DNA of 53,516 nt. Origin: a virus (lineage: Duplodnaviria > Caudoviricetes). Where the stretch lies: positions 1-53,516 of IMG/VR virus record IMGVR_UViG_3300027743_000007; one strand, 5' to 3'. Positions 1 to 9,059 of the stretch are shown piece by piece. Under the pieces are notes generated by a model. The model worked only from the letters and a program-made list of their open reading frames with translations. It did no database searches and was not told the DNA's origin. Within the stretch, counting starts at the first letter, position 1, and each line of letters starts with the position of its first letter. The translations under genes were made by a program, and so were the position numbers.

Positions 1-123
1 AGCCGCTCACTGGTGGCCCCTCTTGTCACCCACCTACCCCGGGGGTCACCGACTCGTCACGCTGGTCGAACCGGGCGGCGGAGTGCGTCCGGGCTGTCTC
101 TCTCCCCGCCGCGAGCTAGCACG
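1..123. repeat. Terminal direct repeat (identical to 53394-53516); probable circular-assembly overlap
   Basis: The first 123 nt match the last 123 nt exactly. Confidence 0.95.
25..109 (+). repeat. 85-bp inverted repeat, left arm
   Basis: Exact reverse complement of 1632-1716. Confidence 0.95.
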
Positions 124-284
124 CCCGTGGACACTGACCGCGCTACGGTTGCCGCAGACACGGGCAGCACTGGGCGCAAGCCTTAGAACCGTGAACCGTC
201 ACGAGGACTGCTACAGGGACGGAGCCGCCGATCGGGGGTCTGGCCCACCTGGTGTGCCGGTCGGAGCAGCGCTAGCGAACGGGC

Positions 285-527
285 CTATACCTCGGCAGCC
301 TCTATAGCGACGGCGGTCATCGCGGGCAGGTGGTCGATCTCCATGCCCACGACCATCGTGCGCAGCCGCACCGACACCGTGGCGACCCAGACGCGGCGGC
401 CGTCCTCGTCGCCGCTGTAGCGCACCTCGACGGGCAGCTTGGTCCCGTCACCGAACACGATGCGCACGCCCTGCGGCGCCGGCAGGGCAAGCTCGACGGC
501 GGTCAGCTCGTCCCACTCGTCGCTCAC
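285..527 (-). CDS. Hypothetical protein
   Basis: 80-aa ORF with normal composition; TAGCGT -10-like hexamer 6 nt before the GTG. Confidence 0.6.
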   Translation of the reverse strand: MSDEWDELTAVELALPAPQGVRIVFGDGTKLPVEVRYSGDEDGRRVWVATVSVRLRTMVVGMEIDHLPAMTAVAIEAAEV

Positions 528-550
528 GCCGTCACGCTACGGTGCGCGCC

Positions 551-736
551 ATGACACACGAGCGACTGTCACCCGAGCGGGCGGCGCGCCTGCTGCGCGC
601 CAAGGCTGGCGAGCTGGAGGGCTACGTCCTCAGCAGTGAGGCGCCGGTGCCCGACGTGGTTGACCGCGCCCTGGCCGCCGACGTGGCGCTGATCGCCGCG
701 CTGCTGGCCGACCACATCGAGGCAACGAGTGAGTGA
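551..736 (+). CDS. Hypothetical protein
   Basis: ATGACACAC start preceded by a TACGGT -10-like hexamer; overlaps the next gene. Confidence 0.55.
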   Translation: MTHERLSPERAARLLRAKAGELEGYVLSSEAPVPDVVDRALAADVALIAALLADHIEATSE

Positions 737-1187
737 CGACGCGCTGCGCACCGAGCTGGCCGCCGAGCGCGACTTCGCTGACCGTCTGGCCGCCGAGCTT
801 GCTCGCCACGGGTGGGGCGACATGCACTACGGCGACCAGCCGCAAGACCGCAACGTCGTCAGGCTGCTGGCCGAGCACAAGACGCGCCGGCGGATCGGCG
901 GCGGGTATCGGTTCGTGGACGACCGCCACGCGCTGTACGTCGGGTGGGTGCTCGGGCTCGCCATGCGCAACGGCGTGTCGGCTCGGCCCATCGTTGACGA
1001 CGCCGGCAACTACACCGACCGCCTCGTCGTAGACCTCGAGCCCGGCGTGACGATCACGCTCGTCGTGCCGCCGTCGCCCGACGACTGGACGTTCACCGAT
1101 GACTCGGCGTTCACCGACGGCCGACACGACGACTGCACCGCCGCGCACAACTGTGGCGAGCATGCCGAGTGGCCGACGGGCGGGTGA
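729..1187 (+). CDS. Hypothetical protein
   Basis: 152-aa ORF with GC-rich third codon positions. Confidence 0.6.
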   Translation: MSDDALRTELAAERDFADRLAAELARHGWGDMHYGDQPQDRNVVRLLAEHKTRRRIGGGYRFVDDRHALYVGWVLGLAMRNGVSARPIVDDAGNYTDRLVVDLEPGVTITLVVPPSPDDWTFTDDSAFTDGRHDDCTAAHNCGEHAEWPTGG

Positions 1188-1199
1188 TGACTAAGCGCC

Positions 1200-1478
1200 T
1201 CACCACTGGCGCGACGGCACCGGCGGCCGGCGAGCTTCGTAGCGACGCCGGCGGATGAGCAAGCCCTGGCGGCGCTGACACGGCGCGCACGCTAGGCGCA
1301 ACACGCAGCAGCCCGAGCCCTCGACGTGATGGTGCATCGCCAGCGGCGGGTCGTGGTCAGGCGACGTGCCCGGCGCGCCGTCGCACACCAGCCGCAGCCA
1401 GCACGCCCCACCACGGGCCAACATCGCTCGGCGCTCTCGCTCGTACCGGGGCCCGTATGGCGAGCCATGGCGGGGCAC
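1200..1478 (-). CDS. HNH-like endonuclease (terminase-associated position)
   Basis: C..C, DHDPP and LRLACAPCQRRQG resemble a degenerate HNH motif; TACGCT -10 element 7 nt before GTG 1478. Confidence 0.6.
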   Translation of the reverse strand: MPRHGSPYGPRYERERRAMLARGGACWLRLVCDGAPGTSPDHDPPLAMHHHVEGSGCCVLRLACAPCQRRQGLLIRRRRYEARRPPVPSRQW

Positions 1479-1631
1479 GCCGTCAAGCGTAGGGCGGTGA
1501 CGGTCGGTCCATCCGGCTTCACCGGGCCCTTGATCGTCAGTCAGCAGCGCTACCTCGTGGCGACGCCAGGTCGAGGACCGACCGCTGGTCAGCGTAGGGC
1601 GCCGCCGTGATCGCCAAGCGTCAACGGCCAA

Positions 1632-1716
1632 GCGGGGAGAGAGACAGCCCGGACGCACTCCGCCGCCCGGTTCGACCAGCGTGACGAGTCGGTGACCCCC
1701 GGGGTAGGTGGGTGAC
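1632..1716 (-). repeat. 85-bp inverted repeat, right arm
   Basis: Exact reverse complement of 25-109. Confidence 0.95.
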
Positions 1717-2103
1717 GATGTTTGAGCGCTACTGGAAACGGTGCATCTGTTAGCGCGTGACACGCAGCGGGCGATCCCCAACTCGACAGCGGCGCGCCGG
1801 TAGCCTCGGCGCCCGGGTGGCCCGGCGAGCGGGCTGTTGTGTGTCATCAACCGCTCGTCGTGGCTGCCCAGCGGCGTCGCCGGCCAGGTCCCCTGCCACA
1901 GCCTTCCGGCGGCGTCGCATGGCTACGCAAACGATTCTTGCAGCGTTTGCAGCCGCACTGTAAACGCGCTAACAGATCAGGGTATTACTGTTACAGCTTC
2001 CGGTCGGACGTGGGCTCGGCCCGCTATGACCGGTTGCGTGGGGGCGCCCAGGTACTTCCGCTAGGGTGCTTCGGGCGCCCCCACGCTCGCCAGTGATCGG
2101 ATG

Positions 2104-2379
2104 CTACACGGCGGAAACGGCGGCGGCGCCCGGGCCCAGCTGGCGGAATAGCGCCGGGCACCAGCGGTCCAACAGTGTGGTGACGAAGCCCTCGGTGAGC
2201 GCCCACGTCGGCACGGCGCGGTAGCACCCGACGCACCACCACACCTCGGCGGGCGGCGGCCCGAGCGCAACGAAGCAGTGCCCGCCGTCGAGCAGCGGCG
2301 GGCGCATCTCTAGGTAGCGCAGGGCCCGGCCCGGCGCCGGACGGTCGAGCGGCAGCCCGCAGCGCACGCAGCCGGTCAC
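2104..2379 (-). CDS. Cys-rich hypothetical protein
   Basis: CVRC...CVGC motifs; coupled to the upstream gene. Confidence 0.5.
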   Translation of the reverse strand: MTGCVRCGLPLDRPAPGRALRYLEMRPPLLDGGHCFVALGPPPAEVWWCVGCYRAVPTWALTEGFVTTLLDRWCPALFRQLGPGAAAVSAV

Positions 2380-2801
2380 TCGGTGTACCCGACCGGCAGC
2401 CAGCGGGCGACGGCGGCCAACAGGGCCGCAGCTTCGGGGGTGCCCCGTACGTCGCGCACGATCAGCCCGGCGCCGGCTTGCTCAGCGATGGTGAGCCGGC
2501 GCCGTAGGTGAGCCACCCGAGCCCCGAACTGAGTCCACTCGTAGGCCGGGTCACCAACGCTTCGCAGGGCGCGACGGGCGCGGTCGAGGTGTTCGGGCCC
2601 GGGCGGGCGCGGCCGCTGACCGTGGTGGGCGACTGATGCGTGCCACACGGGCCCGCCGTAGCCGGCCTCGATTCATTCGTAGCCGGTGTTCACGGTGAGC
2701 ACGAGCGACCAGGCGCCCTTCTGCGAGCGGAACCGAGGGTGAATTGTCTCGCCGCCGAGGTGGCACGCGTGGCTGAGCGCGAGGCGCTGGTTGTCGTTCA
2801 T
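2376..2801 (-). pseudogene. Hypothetical gene interrupted by one in-frame TGA (2673-2675)
   Basis: ATG 2801 coupled to the upstream stop; reads ...TVNTGYE*IEAGYGGPVWHASV... in one frame. Confidence 0.5.
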
Positions 2802-3229
2802 CGGTCGCCGGCGCCGATGGCGAGCTGCTGGTCGAGGTACAACTCCCAGACCGTACGGCCGTCGTCGCTCTGCATGTACGGCAGCATCACCTGGTCGAGC
2901 GTGACCATCTCGGTCTCGGTGATCGCCAGCTGCGCCTCCAGCCAGTCCTTGATGATCCGCCACGCCACCCGCTCGGCCTGCTCGGGTGACTTGTAGCGCG
3001 GCGGCACCTGCCGGTCGTTGCGTAGCACCTTGGCGACGCGCTCGACGTTGACCGGCAGCGTGAAGCGGCGTAGCCCGTGGGCGGTCGGCATGGCGAAGGC
3101 GAGCCCGGTCGGGCGGCCGGCGTCGTACGTCATCATGATCTGGCTGGCGCCCTTGACCGCCAGCACATGCGTCATCTCGGCGGCGGTGCGGGTCGCCGCC
3201 ACGCTCGTGGTGTAGTTGAGCAACGGCAT
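2798..3229 (-). CDS. Phage hypothetical protein
   Basis: 143-aa ORF (MPLLNYTT...VAWRIIKDW) with coupled overlaps. Confidence 0.7.
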   Translation of the reverse strand: MPLLNYTTSVAATRTAAEMTHVLAVKGASQIMMTYDAGRPTGLAFAMPTAHGLRRFTLPVNVERVAKVLRNDRQVPPRYKSPEQAERVAWRIIKDWLEAQLAITETEMVTLDQVMLPYMQSDDGRTVWELYLDQQLAIGAGDR

Positions 3230-3396
3230 CAGTCGTCAACCTCTAGGCCGTCACCGAACACTTGGCGAGCAGCCGCCACCATCGCCTCACGGTTGGCGGG
3301 CGTGTCGGCGTAGCCGTTGGCGGCTAGCAGCTCGGGAAGCACGAGATGCATCCCGCCGTCGCCGTCGTCGTACACGCCGGGCGCGAGCCGCCTCAC
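3229..3396 (-). CDS. Hypothetical protein
   Basis: GTGA-coupled small ORF in the operon. Confidence 0.5.
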   Translation of the reverse strand: MRRLAPGVYDDGDGGMHLVLPELLAANGYADTPANREAMVAAARQVFGDGLEVDD

Positions 3397-3794
3397 TGAT
3401 CGCCCTCGCAGCCGCGCCGGAACGTCGCCAGCTCGGGGTCCCACGCGTACACGCAGCCCATTCGGTCGAGCAGCGTGGTGTCGGAGTCATCAACGAAGAT
3501 CGTCGGCAGCCCGCAGTGCGTGCACTCGCCGCCGTCGATCACCTGCTCGCACAGCCGCAGCACCGCCCGCAGCCCGTTCATGCCGGCGGCGGCCTCGTGC
3601 ATCAGCCGGCCGCCCTTGGCCATCGGCTTGCCGGTCGAGGGGTTCATGCCCCACGTGGCGGTCGCCCACCACACGACGGGCTCGCCCTGATCGGGGTCGC
3701 TGTAGCCGATGCGGAACTGCCGGGCGCCGGTGCGCTCCAACAGCTGTACTGCCGCGGCGAAGCGCGGGTCCATGGTCGGGTTGGTGTGTGTCAT
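3393..3794 (-). CDS. Hypothetical protein with CxxC
   Basis: ATGACACAC start; CTHC motif. Confidence 0.6.
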   Translation of the reverse strand: MTHTNPTMDPRFAAAVQLLERTGARQFRIGYSDPDQGEPVVWWATATWGMNPSTGKPMAKGGRLMHEAAAGMNGLRAVLRLCEQVIDGGECTHCGLPTIFVDDSDTTLLDRMGCVYAWDPELATFRRGCEGDQ

Positions 3795-3813
3795 CGTGCG
3801 CCAGCCTGCCGCA

Positions 3814-4272
3814 TCACAGCAGCTCGCCCTGGCGCCCGGCCTCGGCGGCCCGGGCCGCCTTGACCTCGGCCGGCGACGGCCAGCGGTTGGCCCGGCCGAT
3901 AGCCCGGTAGGTGTCTTCGTACTGCGCACCGGCCGGGCACGAGCACGGCAGCACCGCCGTGCACGCGCACGCGGTGGCGCCCTTGCGGCGCGGGCAGCCC
4001 GGCCCGTGCTCGGTCCTCTCGAACCAGCCCGAGCCGTCGCAGCGCGAGCACTCGACTCGCACCGGGGCGCGGGTGGTGTGCAGCGAGCGGTAGGCCTCGA
4101 GGAATCGTCTGACCGACGGTGCCCGCTCAAGCTCCCGGCGCAGCCGCACGAACGCCGTGCCCGCTGGCCCCTCGTCCAGTAGCACGAGTTCCTCAATCCA
4201 CACCTCGGCGGTGGGCCCGCCGGCCCACGTCGAAACGATCCGAGCCGCTAGCTCTCGGGCCTGTTCCAACAT
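3814..4272 (-). CDS. Possible replication accessory (helicase-loader/inhibitor-like) protein with Zn-binding C-terminus
   Basis: W..EL..LD...A...L.R...RAPS pattern plus CSRC/CxC motifs; function inferred weakly. Confidence 0.4.
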   Translation of the reverse strand: MLEQARELAARIVSTWAGGPTAEVWIEELVLLDEGPAGTAFVRLRRELERAPSVRRFLEAYRSLHTTRAPVRVECSRCDGSGWFERTEHGPGCPRRKGATACACTAVLPCSCPAGAQYEDTYRAIGRANRWPSPAEVKAARAAEAGRQGELL

Positions 4273-4469
4273 CACGGTTCCTCCTGTTCGCTAGCGCGCT
4301 CGCAGCCGAGCACGTGCATGAGCGTTGTGACCGGGTGGCCGCACGCCGGGCACAGGTCGCCTCGGCGCGTGGTGGTGTCGCAGTGACAGCGGTGGTCGCC
4401 GTCGTGGGCGGCGTCGAGGTGGCAGGCGTGGTCGCCCCAGCCGTCGCTCCATTCGTAGCCGCACGTCAC
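4272..4469 (-). CDS. Small Cys/His-rich protein
   Basis: C...HACH...HDGDHRCHC...CPAC motifs. Confidence 0.45.
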   Translation of the reverse strand: MTCGYEWSDGWGDHACHLDAAHDGDHRCHCDTTTRRGDLCPACGHPVTTLMHVLGCERASEQEEP

Positions 4470-5343
4470 GGCGTCACCTCGCCGGCGGGCCGACCTCGGC
4501 GGATCATGGCCCTGAACCCGTCGGGGATCAGCGAGCGCAGGTAGCCGTCGTCGTCGCTGCGGGCCCAGATGATGCCGACGGTCTCGCCGGCGTCGTCGGT
4601 TATGCGCAGGCGCGTGAAGCCAGCGTCGATTGCGTGGTCGTGCGCCAGGTTGTTCGTGTACTCGGTTCGCGCCGGTCGAGGTCGTTCTGTCGGGTGAGCC
4701 GCGTTCTGGGTAGTTGTCTGAGCACGCTCCAAGGTTCCTCCGAAGCGCCGATCCGCCGAGGCCGGCCCGAAGGGTCGGCATCGGCGGTGAGAGCGCAACG
4801 CAGCCGGGGTGTCGCGTCCCTCAGGCCGCCTGGGACCTCCCTGGGGGCGCGAGCATCCATCCGCCCAACCGATTGCACGAGCTTCGTTCCACGGCCGACT
4901 CCCTACCACTGACGCGCCACCCGGCCTCATAGGCCGCTCCCTCGGGGCGCGATTCGTATACACGGCGTTACCGTCACGAGCCAGCCGGATCTTTCGGCCT
5001 CCCCCGGGGTGGGTCCGGGGGTCCAGAGTTCTGGTCAGCGGTCCCAATGCCGCGTCCTGGTGTGGGGCGTTTGGGCTTGCCCGGGCGCCCCACACCTCGC
5101 CGGCGGTGGTCGCGCCACCGAGTGAAATCGTCCGACTCGGCACGTTGAAGCTCGGTCGTGCCGTCGGCCCGTGTGATCTTGACCGAGCTGGCGCTCGGTC
5201 CCCAATAGCCGCCGCGGGTGCGGATGCCCTTAGGCCGCCCGGGCATCTACCGTCGCCCTCGGTGGGACGGCGCCCTTACGACCCCGATGAGGTCGTGGCG
5301 CTGCTGCTGCTCGGGCTCGCCCTGGCGGTCGTGCTCGTCGTGC

Positions 5344-5913
5344 TCAGTAGGTGACCCACGCCGACCAGCCCTGCACGGCCTTGACGTGAAGCGCGCAGTG
5401 CAGATTGAACCACGGGTCGTAGAGGTCGCTCGGTGAGCCGCCACAGTCCTCGGCCCAGAACGGCATGATCTGCATGAGCCCGGTGACGCCGCTGGCGCCG
5501 TTGTAGGCGCCGGCCTGGCAGCGGCTCTCGGCGTACATGATGCGGTCAACGGTCGGCCAGTCGGCGTCGGACCAGCCGGCCGAGATGGCGGTGCCGTACC
5601 ACTCGCCGCACGTACCGCCGGCGCTGCCGTTGTCGGGCTCGTCGGGTGTGACATCGGCGGGAATAACTTCACTGCCGTCGTCACCCTCGGATACATACGT
5701 TTCCGCGACGTTTGCGGCGGCCTCGGGTTCGGGCTCGACCACGCCGTCGTGGTCCCAGTCGAGGGTGCACAGCTCGGCGCACTCGTGGCGGGCCCACGCA
5801 ACGGCGGCGCGGGGTTCCTCCCGCCACCACCGAAGCCAGGCGCGGGTCTGGGCCGGCGAGCAGCCGGTGAGCGCGCCGGCGACGAGCGCGAGCGCGATGA
5901 GCCTCTTGGGCAT
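5344..5913 (-). CDS. Lipoprotein with lytic transglycosylase (SLT-like) domain
   Basis: Signal peptide with LTGC lipobox; catalytic AES and GLMQI motifs. Confidence 0.75.
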   Translation of the reverse strand: MPKRLIALALVAGALTGCSPAQTRAWLRWWREEPRAAVAWARHECAELCTLDWDHDGVVEPEPEAAANVAETYVSEGDDGSEVIPADVTPDEPDNGSAGGTCGEWYGTAISAGWSDADWPTVDRIMYAESRCQAGAYNGASGVTGLMQIMPFWAEDCGGSPSDLYDPWFNLHCALHVKAVQGWSAWVTY

Positions 5914-5955
5914 TGGGGTCCTCCTGCGGTTGGGAGGGCGCCGGCGCCGGCGGCG

Positions 5956-6297
5956 TTACTCGTCGCCGTCATCGTCACCCTCGAATGGGAGTTGTCCCCT
6001 GCCACGGGCTTCGTCCACCGCCTTGCGGTGGGCGTCCAGAACCTTGCTGACCACCTTCTCGGGCACCGGCGTGCCGGTGCGGGTCTTGAGCGTGTGGACG
6101 CGCTTGAGCACGTCGGTGTCCCTGACCTCGGCGTAGCTCACGGCGGTGCACACGGTCTCCAGCACCAGGTGCACCACGTCACCGAGTTCGTATTCGACGT
6201 CCTCCAGGGCCAGCGCGTCGCTCAGGCCGTCGCCGGCGTTGATCACCTTGGCGGCCGCCTGAACCACGTCGCGATCCTCGAATGGCTTCAACGTCAT
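5956..6297 (-). CDS. Hypothetical protein
   Basis: 113-aa ORF in the operon. Confidence 0.65.
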   Translation of the reverse strand: MTLKPFEDRDVVQAAAKVINAGDGLSDALALEDVEYELGDVVHLVLETVCTAVSYAEVRDTDVLKRVHTLKTRTGTPVPEKVVSKVLDAHRKAVDEARGRGQLPFEGDDDGDE

Positions 6298-6563
6298 CAG
6301 ACCCTCACTCGTGCTCGTAGTCGGGGCCGCGCCGGCTCACGGCACGGTTGGAGCTCGGCCGGGCGGAACCACGCTTGCGGCCGTAGCTGGCGGCCAGCTC
6401 GAGCGCCGAAGTCCACGCCGATCTCGACGTACACGGCGCCGCTCGGTAGCGGCTCGCGGTGCACGGCGGCCACGCGCCCGATCCGCCCGGCGTAGCCGGC
6501 GAACGTGCCGTGCGACGGCTCGGCGCGGTCACAGCGCACCCACTGGCCGACCCGCACGGTCAT
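6297..6563 (-). CDS. Hypothetical protein
   Basis: ATGA-coupled ORF. Confidence 0.5.
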   Translation of the reverse strand: MTVRVGQWVRCDRAEPSHGTFAGYAGRIGRVAAVHREPLPSGAVYVEIGVDFGARAGRQLRPQAWFRPAELQPCREPARPRLRARVRV

Positions 6564-6778
6564 GGCTTGCGGCCCTTGCGCCAGTCGCCGGCCTGCGGGC
6601 ACGTGACGAAGTGCGACCGGCGCGCCGGGCGGTCGTTGGTGACGTAGGCAACGCCGTCGGACTCCACGACGAGGTTGCCGTCGGTCTGTAGCCCGAGGTC
6701 CAGCGGCATCCGCTTGCCGTAGGGCGAGCGCACCCACTCGATGGCCGCCTGACAGCTGGCGCACACGCCGATTGTCAC
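6560..6778 (-). CDS. Small Zn-binding phage protein
   Basis: CASC..IEW...GKRMPLD...SHFVTCP pattern. Confidence 0.65.
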   Translation of the reverse strand: MTIGVCASCQAAIEWVRSPYGKRMPLDLGLQTDGNLVVESDGVAYVTNDRPARRSHFVTCPQAGDWRKGRKP

Positions 6779-7059
6779 GAGCGCCGCCGGCGTACGTCGT
6801 TCACGGCGGCCAGGGCCAGGGCGACGTTCTCTTCGGCGCGGTACTCGGCGGCCTCGTCGCCGGTCGGTAGGCGCACGCCGCCCTCGACGGCCGAGTCGAA
6901 GATGCCGAGGCAGCCACAGTCCCAGCAGATGAACGCCGCGCCGTTCTGAGGCTGCTCGGCGGGCCCGTCGAATTGCGTGGCCGCGTCGTGCAGCGCGCCG
7001 CAGCCCGGGCAGCGGTGCCACGGCGTCAGCGCCGTGCCGAGCTGAACGATCCGCCTCAC
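6775..7059 (-). CDS. Zn-finger hypothetical protein
   Basis: CPGC...CWDC motifs. Confidence 0.55.
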   Translation of the reverse strand: MRRIVQLGTALTPWHRCPGCGALHDAATQFDGPAEQPQNGAAFICWDCGCLGIFDSAVEGGVRLPTGDEAAEYRAEENVALALAAVNDVRRRRS

Positions 7060-8030
7060 GACTCGCCCTCGGGCGACAGGTCGAGCTGCTCACCGCCACC
7101 GTCGTCGCCAGGGCCGGACTGTGACTCATCTGGCGACGACTCGGGGCCTTGCGCTGCTACAGCAGACGGCGCAGGTCCCGTGGCGGTGTCCGTCTGAGCC
7201 CGGCCACGGCGGCGCGCTCGCGGTGGTTCGGGCTCGGCGGTCTTGGGCGGTTCAATGGCGAGCGCTTCATCGGGCTCGCCGGCCTCGATGTCCTCAACGG
7301 TGATCGCCTGCTCGTCGCTGGCGATGGCGGTGGCAAGCTGCACCGAGGCGGGTAACCATCGCTTCATATCAAGTACCACCGACTTGAGCGCGGCGGCGTC
7401 GTAGCTCTTGGTCCACATCTGGCCGTCGGGCTGCTTGGAGAACGAGCGGTGGTACTCGACACCGGCCCGGTCCAGGGCGTGGATGAGCACGTCACCATCG
7501 GGGTAGCGGGCCCGCACGTACCACACGAACGCCTCGCCGCCGCGGTCGCGCCCGAGCGCGTAGTGGGGCCGGTGTCTCAGCTGTTGCTCGCTGCCGAAGT
7601 CCACGTCGAACTCGTCGTTCGGGTACACGGGCCGGCCGTCGAACTTGAGCCCGGGCACGGCGCGGGTGGCAAGCTCGGTGACGCCGCCGTAGCCCAGCTG
7701 AAAGCTCGCCTCCAGTTGGCGGCTGTCCCGGTTGCGGTAGGGGATGATCCACGCCAGGTTGCGAGGGTCGTTCGGCGCCAGGCCGAGCTGAGCGCAGCGC
7801 AGCGCGGCGCCGAGCACCGACGTCGGCGTGCACTGCCACAGCTGCGGGTTAGCCCGGCAGGCGTTGGCGATCTGGGCGACGAAGGTGTGCTCGTTGATGC
7901 CGGTGCCGTCCAGCAGCTTGACGATGACCGGCGTGTAGCGGCCCATGATCTGCTGGATGGCCTGCGCCGGTGTGACCTCGGCGCCCTGGCCCTCGGTGGC
8001 CGCGACGGCCTGCGATATCTGTCCGGCCAT
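7056..8030 (-). CDS. recT: RecT-family single-strand annealing protein
   Basis: L..CTP.S.LGA.L..AQLGL.P, AWIIPY and FQLGY.G motifs. Confidence 0.9.
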   Translation of the reverse strand: MAGQISQAVAATEGQGAEVTPAQAIQQIMGRYTPVIVKLLDGTGINEHTFVAQIANACRANPQLWQCTPTSVLGAALRCAQLGLAPNDPRNLAWIIPYRNRDSRQLEASFQLGYGGVTELATRAVPGLKFDGRPVYPNDEFDVDFGSEQQLRHRPHYALGRDRGGEAFVWYVRARYPDGDVLIHALDRAGVEYHRSFSKQPDGQMWTKSYDAAALKSVVLDMKRWLPASVQLATAIASDEQAITVEDIEAGEPDEALAIEPPKTAEPEPPRARRRGRAQTDTATGPAPSAVAAQGPESSPDESQSGPGDDGGGEQLDLSPEGES

Positions 8031-8956
8031 CAGCTTGCCTCCCTGTCGGCCTTGCTCGCCGGCTTGAGCACTCGGTAGCTCGTGGGCTCGACGGGCTTGG
8101 GCTTGTAGCCCTTGCGGTGGATGGTGCGGTAGCTCACGAACGCCTCGCCGTCGAGGGTGCCGACCTCGGCGGTGCCGAGGCGGGCGACGACAACCTGATC
8201 GAGCCGCCGGCGCTTGCGTTGGAGCCAGGCGTCCTGCACGGCCAGCTCGTCGCGCTGCTGCAGCACGTCGAACAGGTCGTCCAGCTCGACCGCCGTGTCG
8301 GGTTCGTGGTCTGGGTAGGCCGCCTTCAACGCTCGGAAGGTCGCCTCGGAGCCATCGACCTCGGGCGCCACGCCGGCCAGCACGTTGTCGTGCCAGAACC
8401 GATCAGCGGCGGCCACCAGCAGGGCGATGTCGTCGTCGTCGCGCTCGACCTCGTACACCGTGAAGCGGGGCCGGCCGAAGGGCAGGTGCATCACGCCCAG
8501 CCAGGCCTCAGCCAGCCCGGTGGTGTACATGCCCCATTGACATTGAGCGACGTAGTGCACGGGCGGCTCATCCCACGGTGCGTCGGCGGTGTACTTGGCC
8601 TCGAACACGCCAATGGCGTCGTCGGTGTGTTCGTGGTGCATCACGAGCCCGTCCACGGTGGCGAACGCCCACGGCGCCTCGTTGCTCCAAACCATCTTCT
8701 GTTGCTCGCGCACGGCCAGCCCGGTCCGGGCGGTGAACCACTTGGCGATCAGCGGCTCCAGGTCGCGGCCGAACTCAAGGTGTGCCGCCGGGTCGTCGTC
8801 GGGCGGGACGAGGCCTACCTTCTCGCCCCACACCTTCCACGGGCTCGACCAGCTGGGGCACGTGGCGGGTAACAGCGCGGCCACATCACTGCCGCCGATG
8901 CCGCCGCGCCGGCGCTCCAACCATTCAGCGCGGCGGAAGGGTGCGGTGGCGGTCAT
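8030..8956 (-). CDS. YqaJ-like viral recombination exonuclease
   Basis: WL..RR.GIGGSD, ATVDG, EAK and Y..QCQW motifs; adjacent to recT. Confidence 0.9.
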   Translation of the reverse strand: MTATAPFRRAEWLERRRGGIGGSDVAALLPATCPSWSSPWKVWGEKVGLVPPDDDPAAHLEFGRDLEPLIAKWFTARTGLAVREQQKMVWSNEAPWAFATVDGLVMHHEHTDDAIGVFEAKYTADAPWDEPPVHYVAQCQWGMYTTGLAEAWLGVMHLPFGRPRFTVYEVERDDDDIALLVAAADRFWHDNVLAGVAPEVDGSEATFRALKAAYPDHEPDTAVELDDLFDVLQQRDELAVQDAWLQRKRRRLDQVVVARLGTAEVGTLDGEAFVSYRTIHRKGYKPKPVEPTSYRVLKPASKADREAS

Positions 8957-8965
8957 CAGGTCCCC

Positions 8966-9040
8966 GCCCTGCCATGCCGTGTCACGCCAAGCGATGCCGC
9001 GCACAGCATGGCCGTGCATGGCGGCGCCGCGCCTAGCGCG
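8966..9040 (-). repeat. Phased pentanucleotide array A (15 units, NN-GGC type)
   Basis: Intergenic; minus strand cgcgc taggc gcggc gccgc catgc acggc catgc tgtgc gcggc atcgc ttggc gtgac acggc atggc agggc. Confidence 0.85.
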
Positions 9041-9059
9041 GGAGCTTTGTGGTCGGCTA

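Noticed and set aside
1-123. Terminal direct repeat as a biological DTR
   Set aside because: A short exact overlap is the usual result of circular assembly; it cannot be called a physical end without reads
1200-1850. 216-aa ORF as the full-length HNH protein
   Set aside because: The upstream part crosses the inverted repeat and looks non-coding; GTG 1478 with a -10 element is the likelier start
4466-5330. Replication initiator gene
   Set aside because: The overlapping ORFs here lack recognisable motifs and the coding frame is ambiguous
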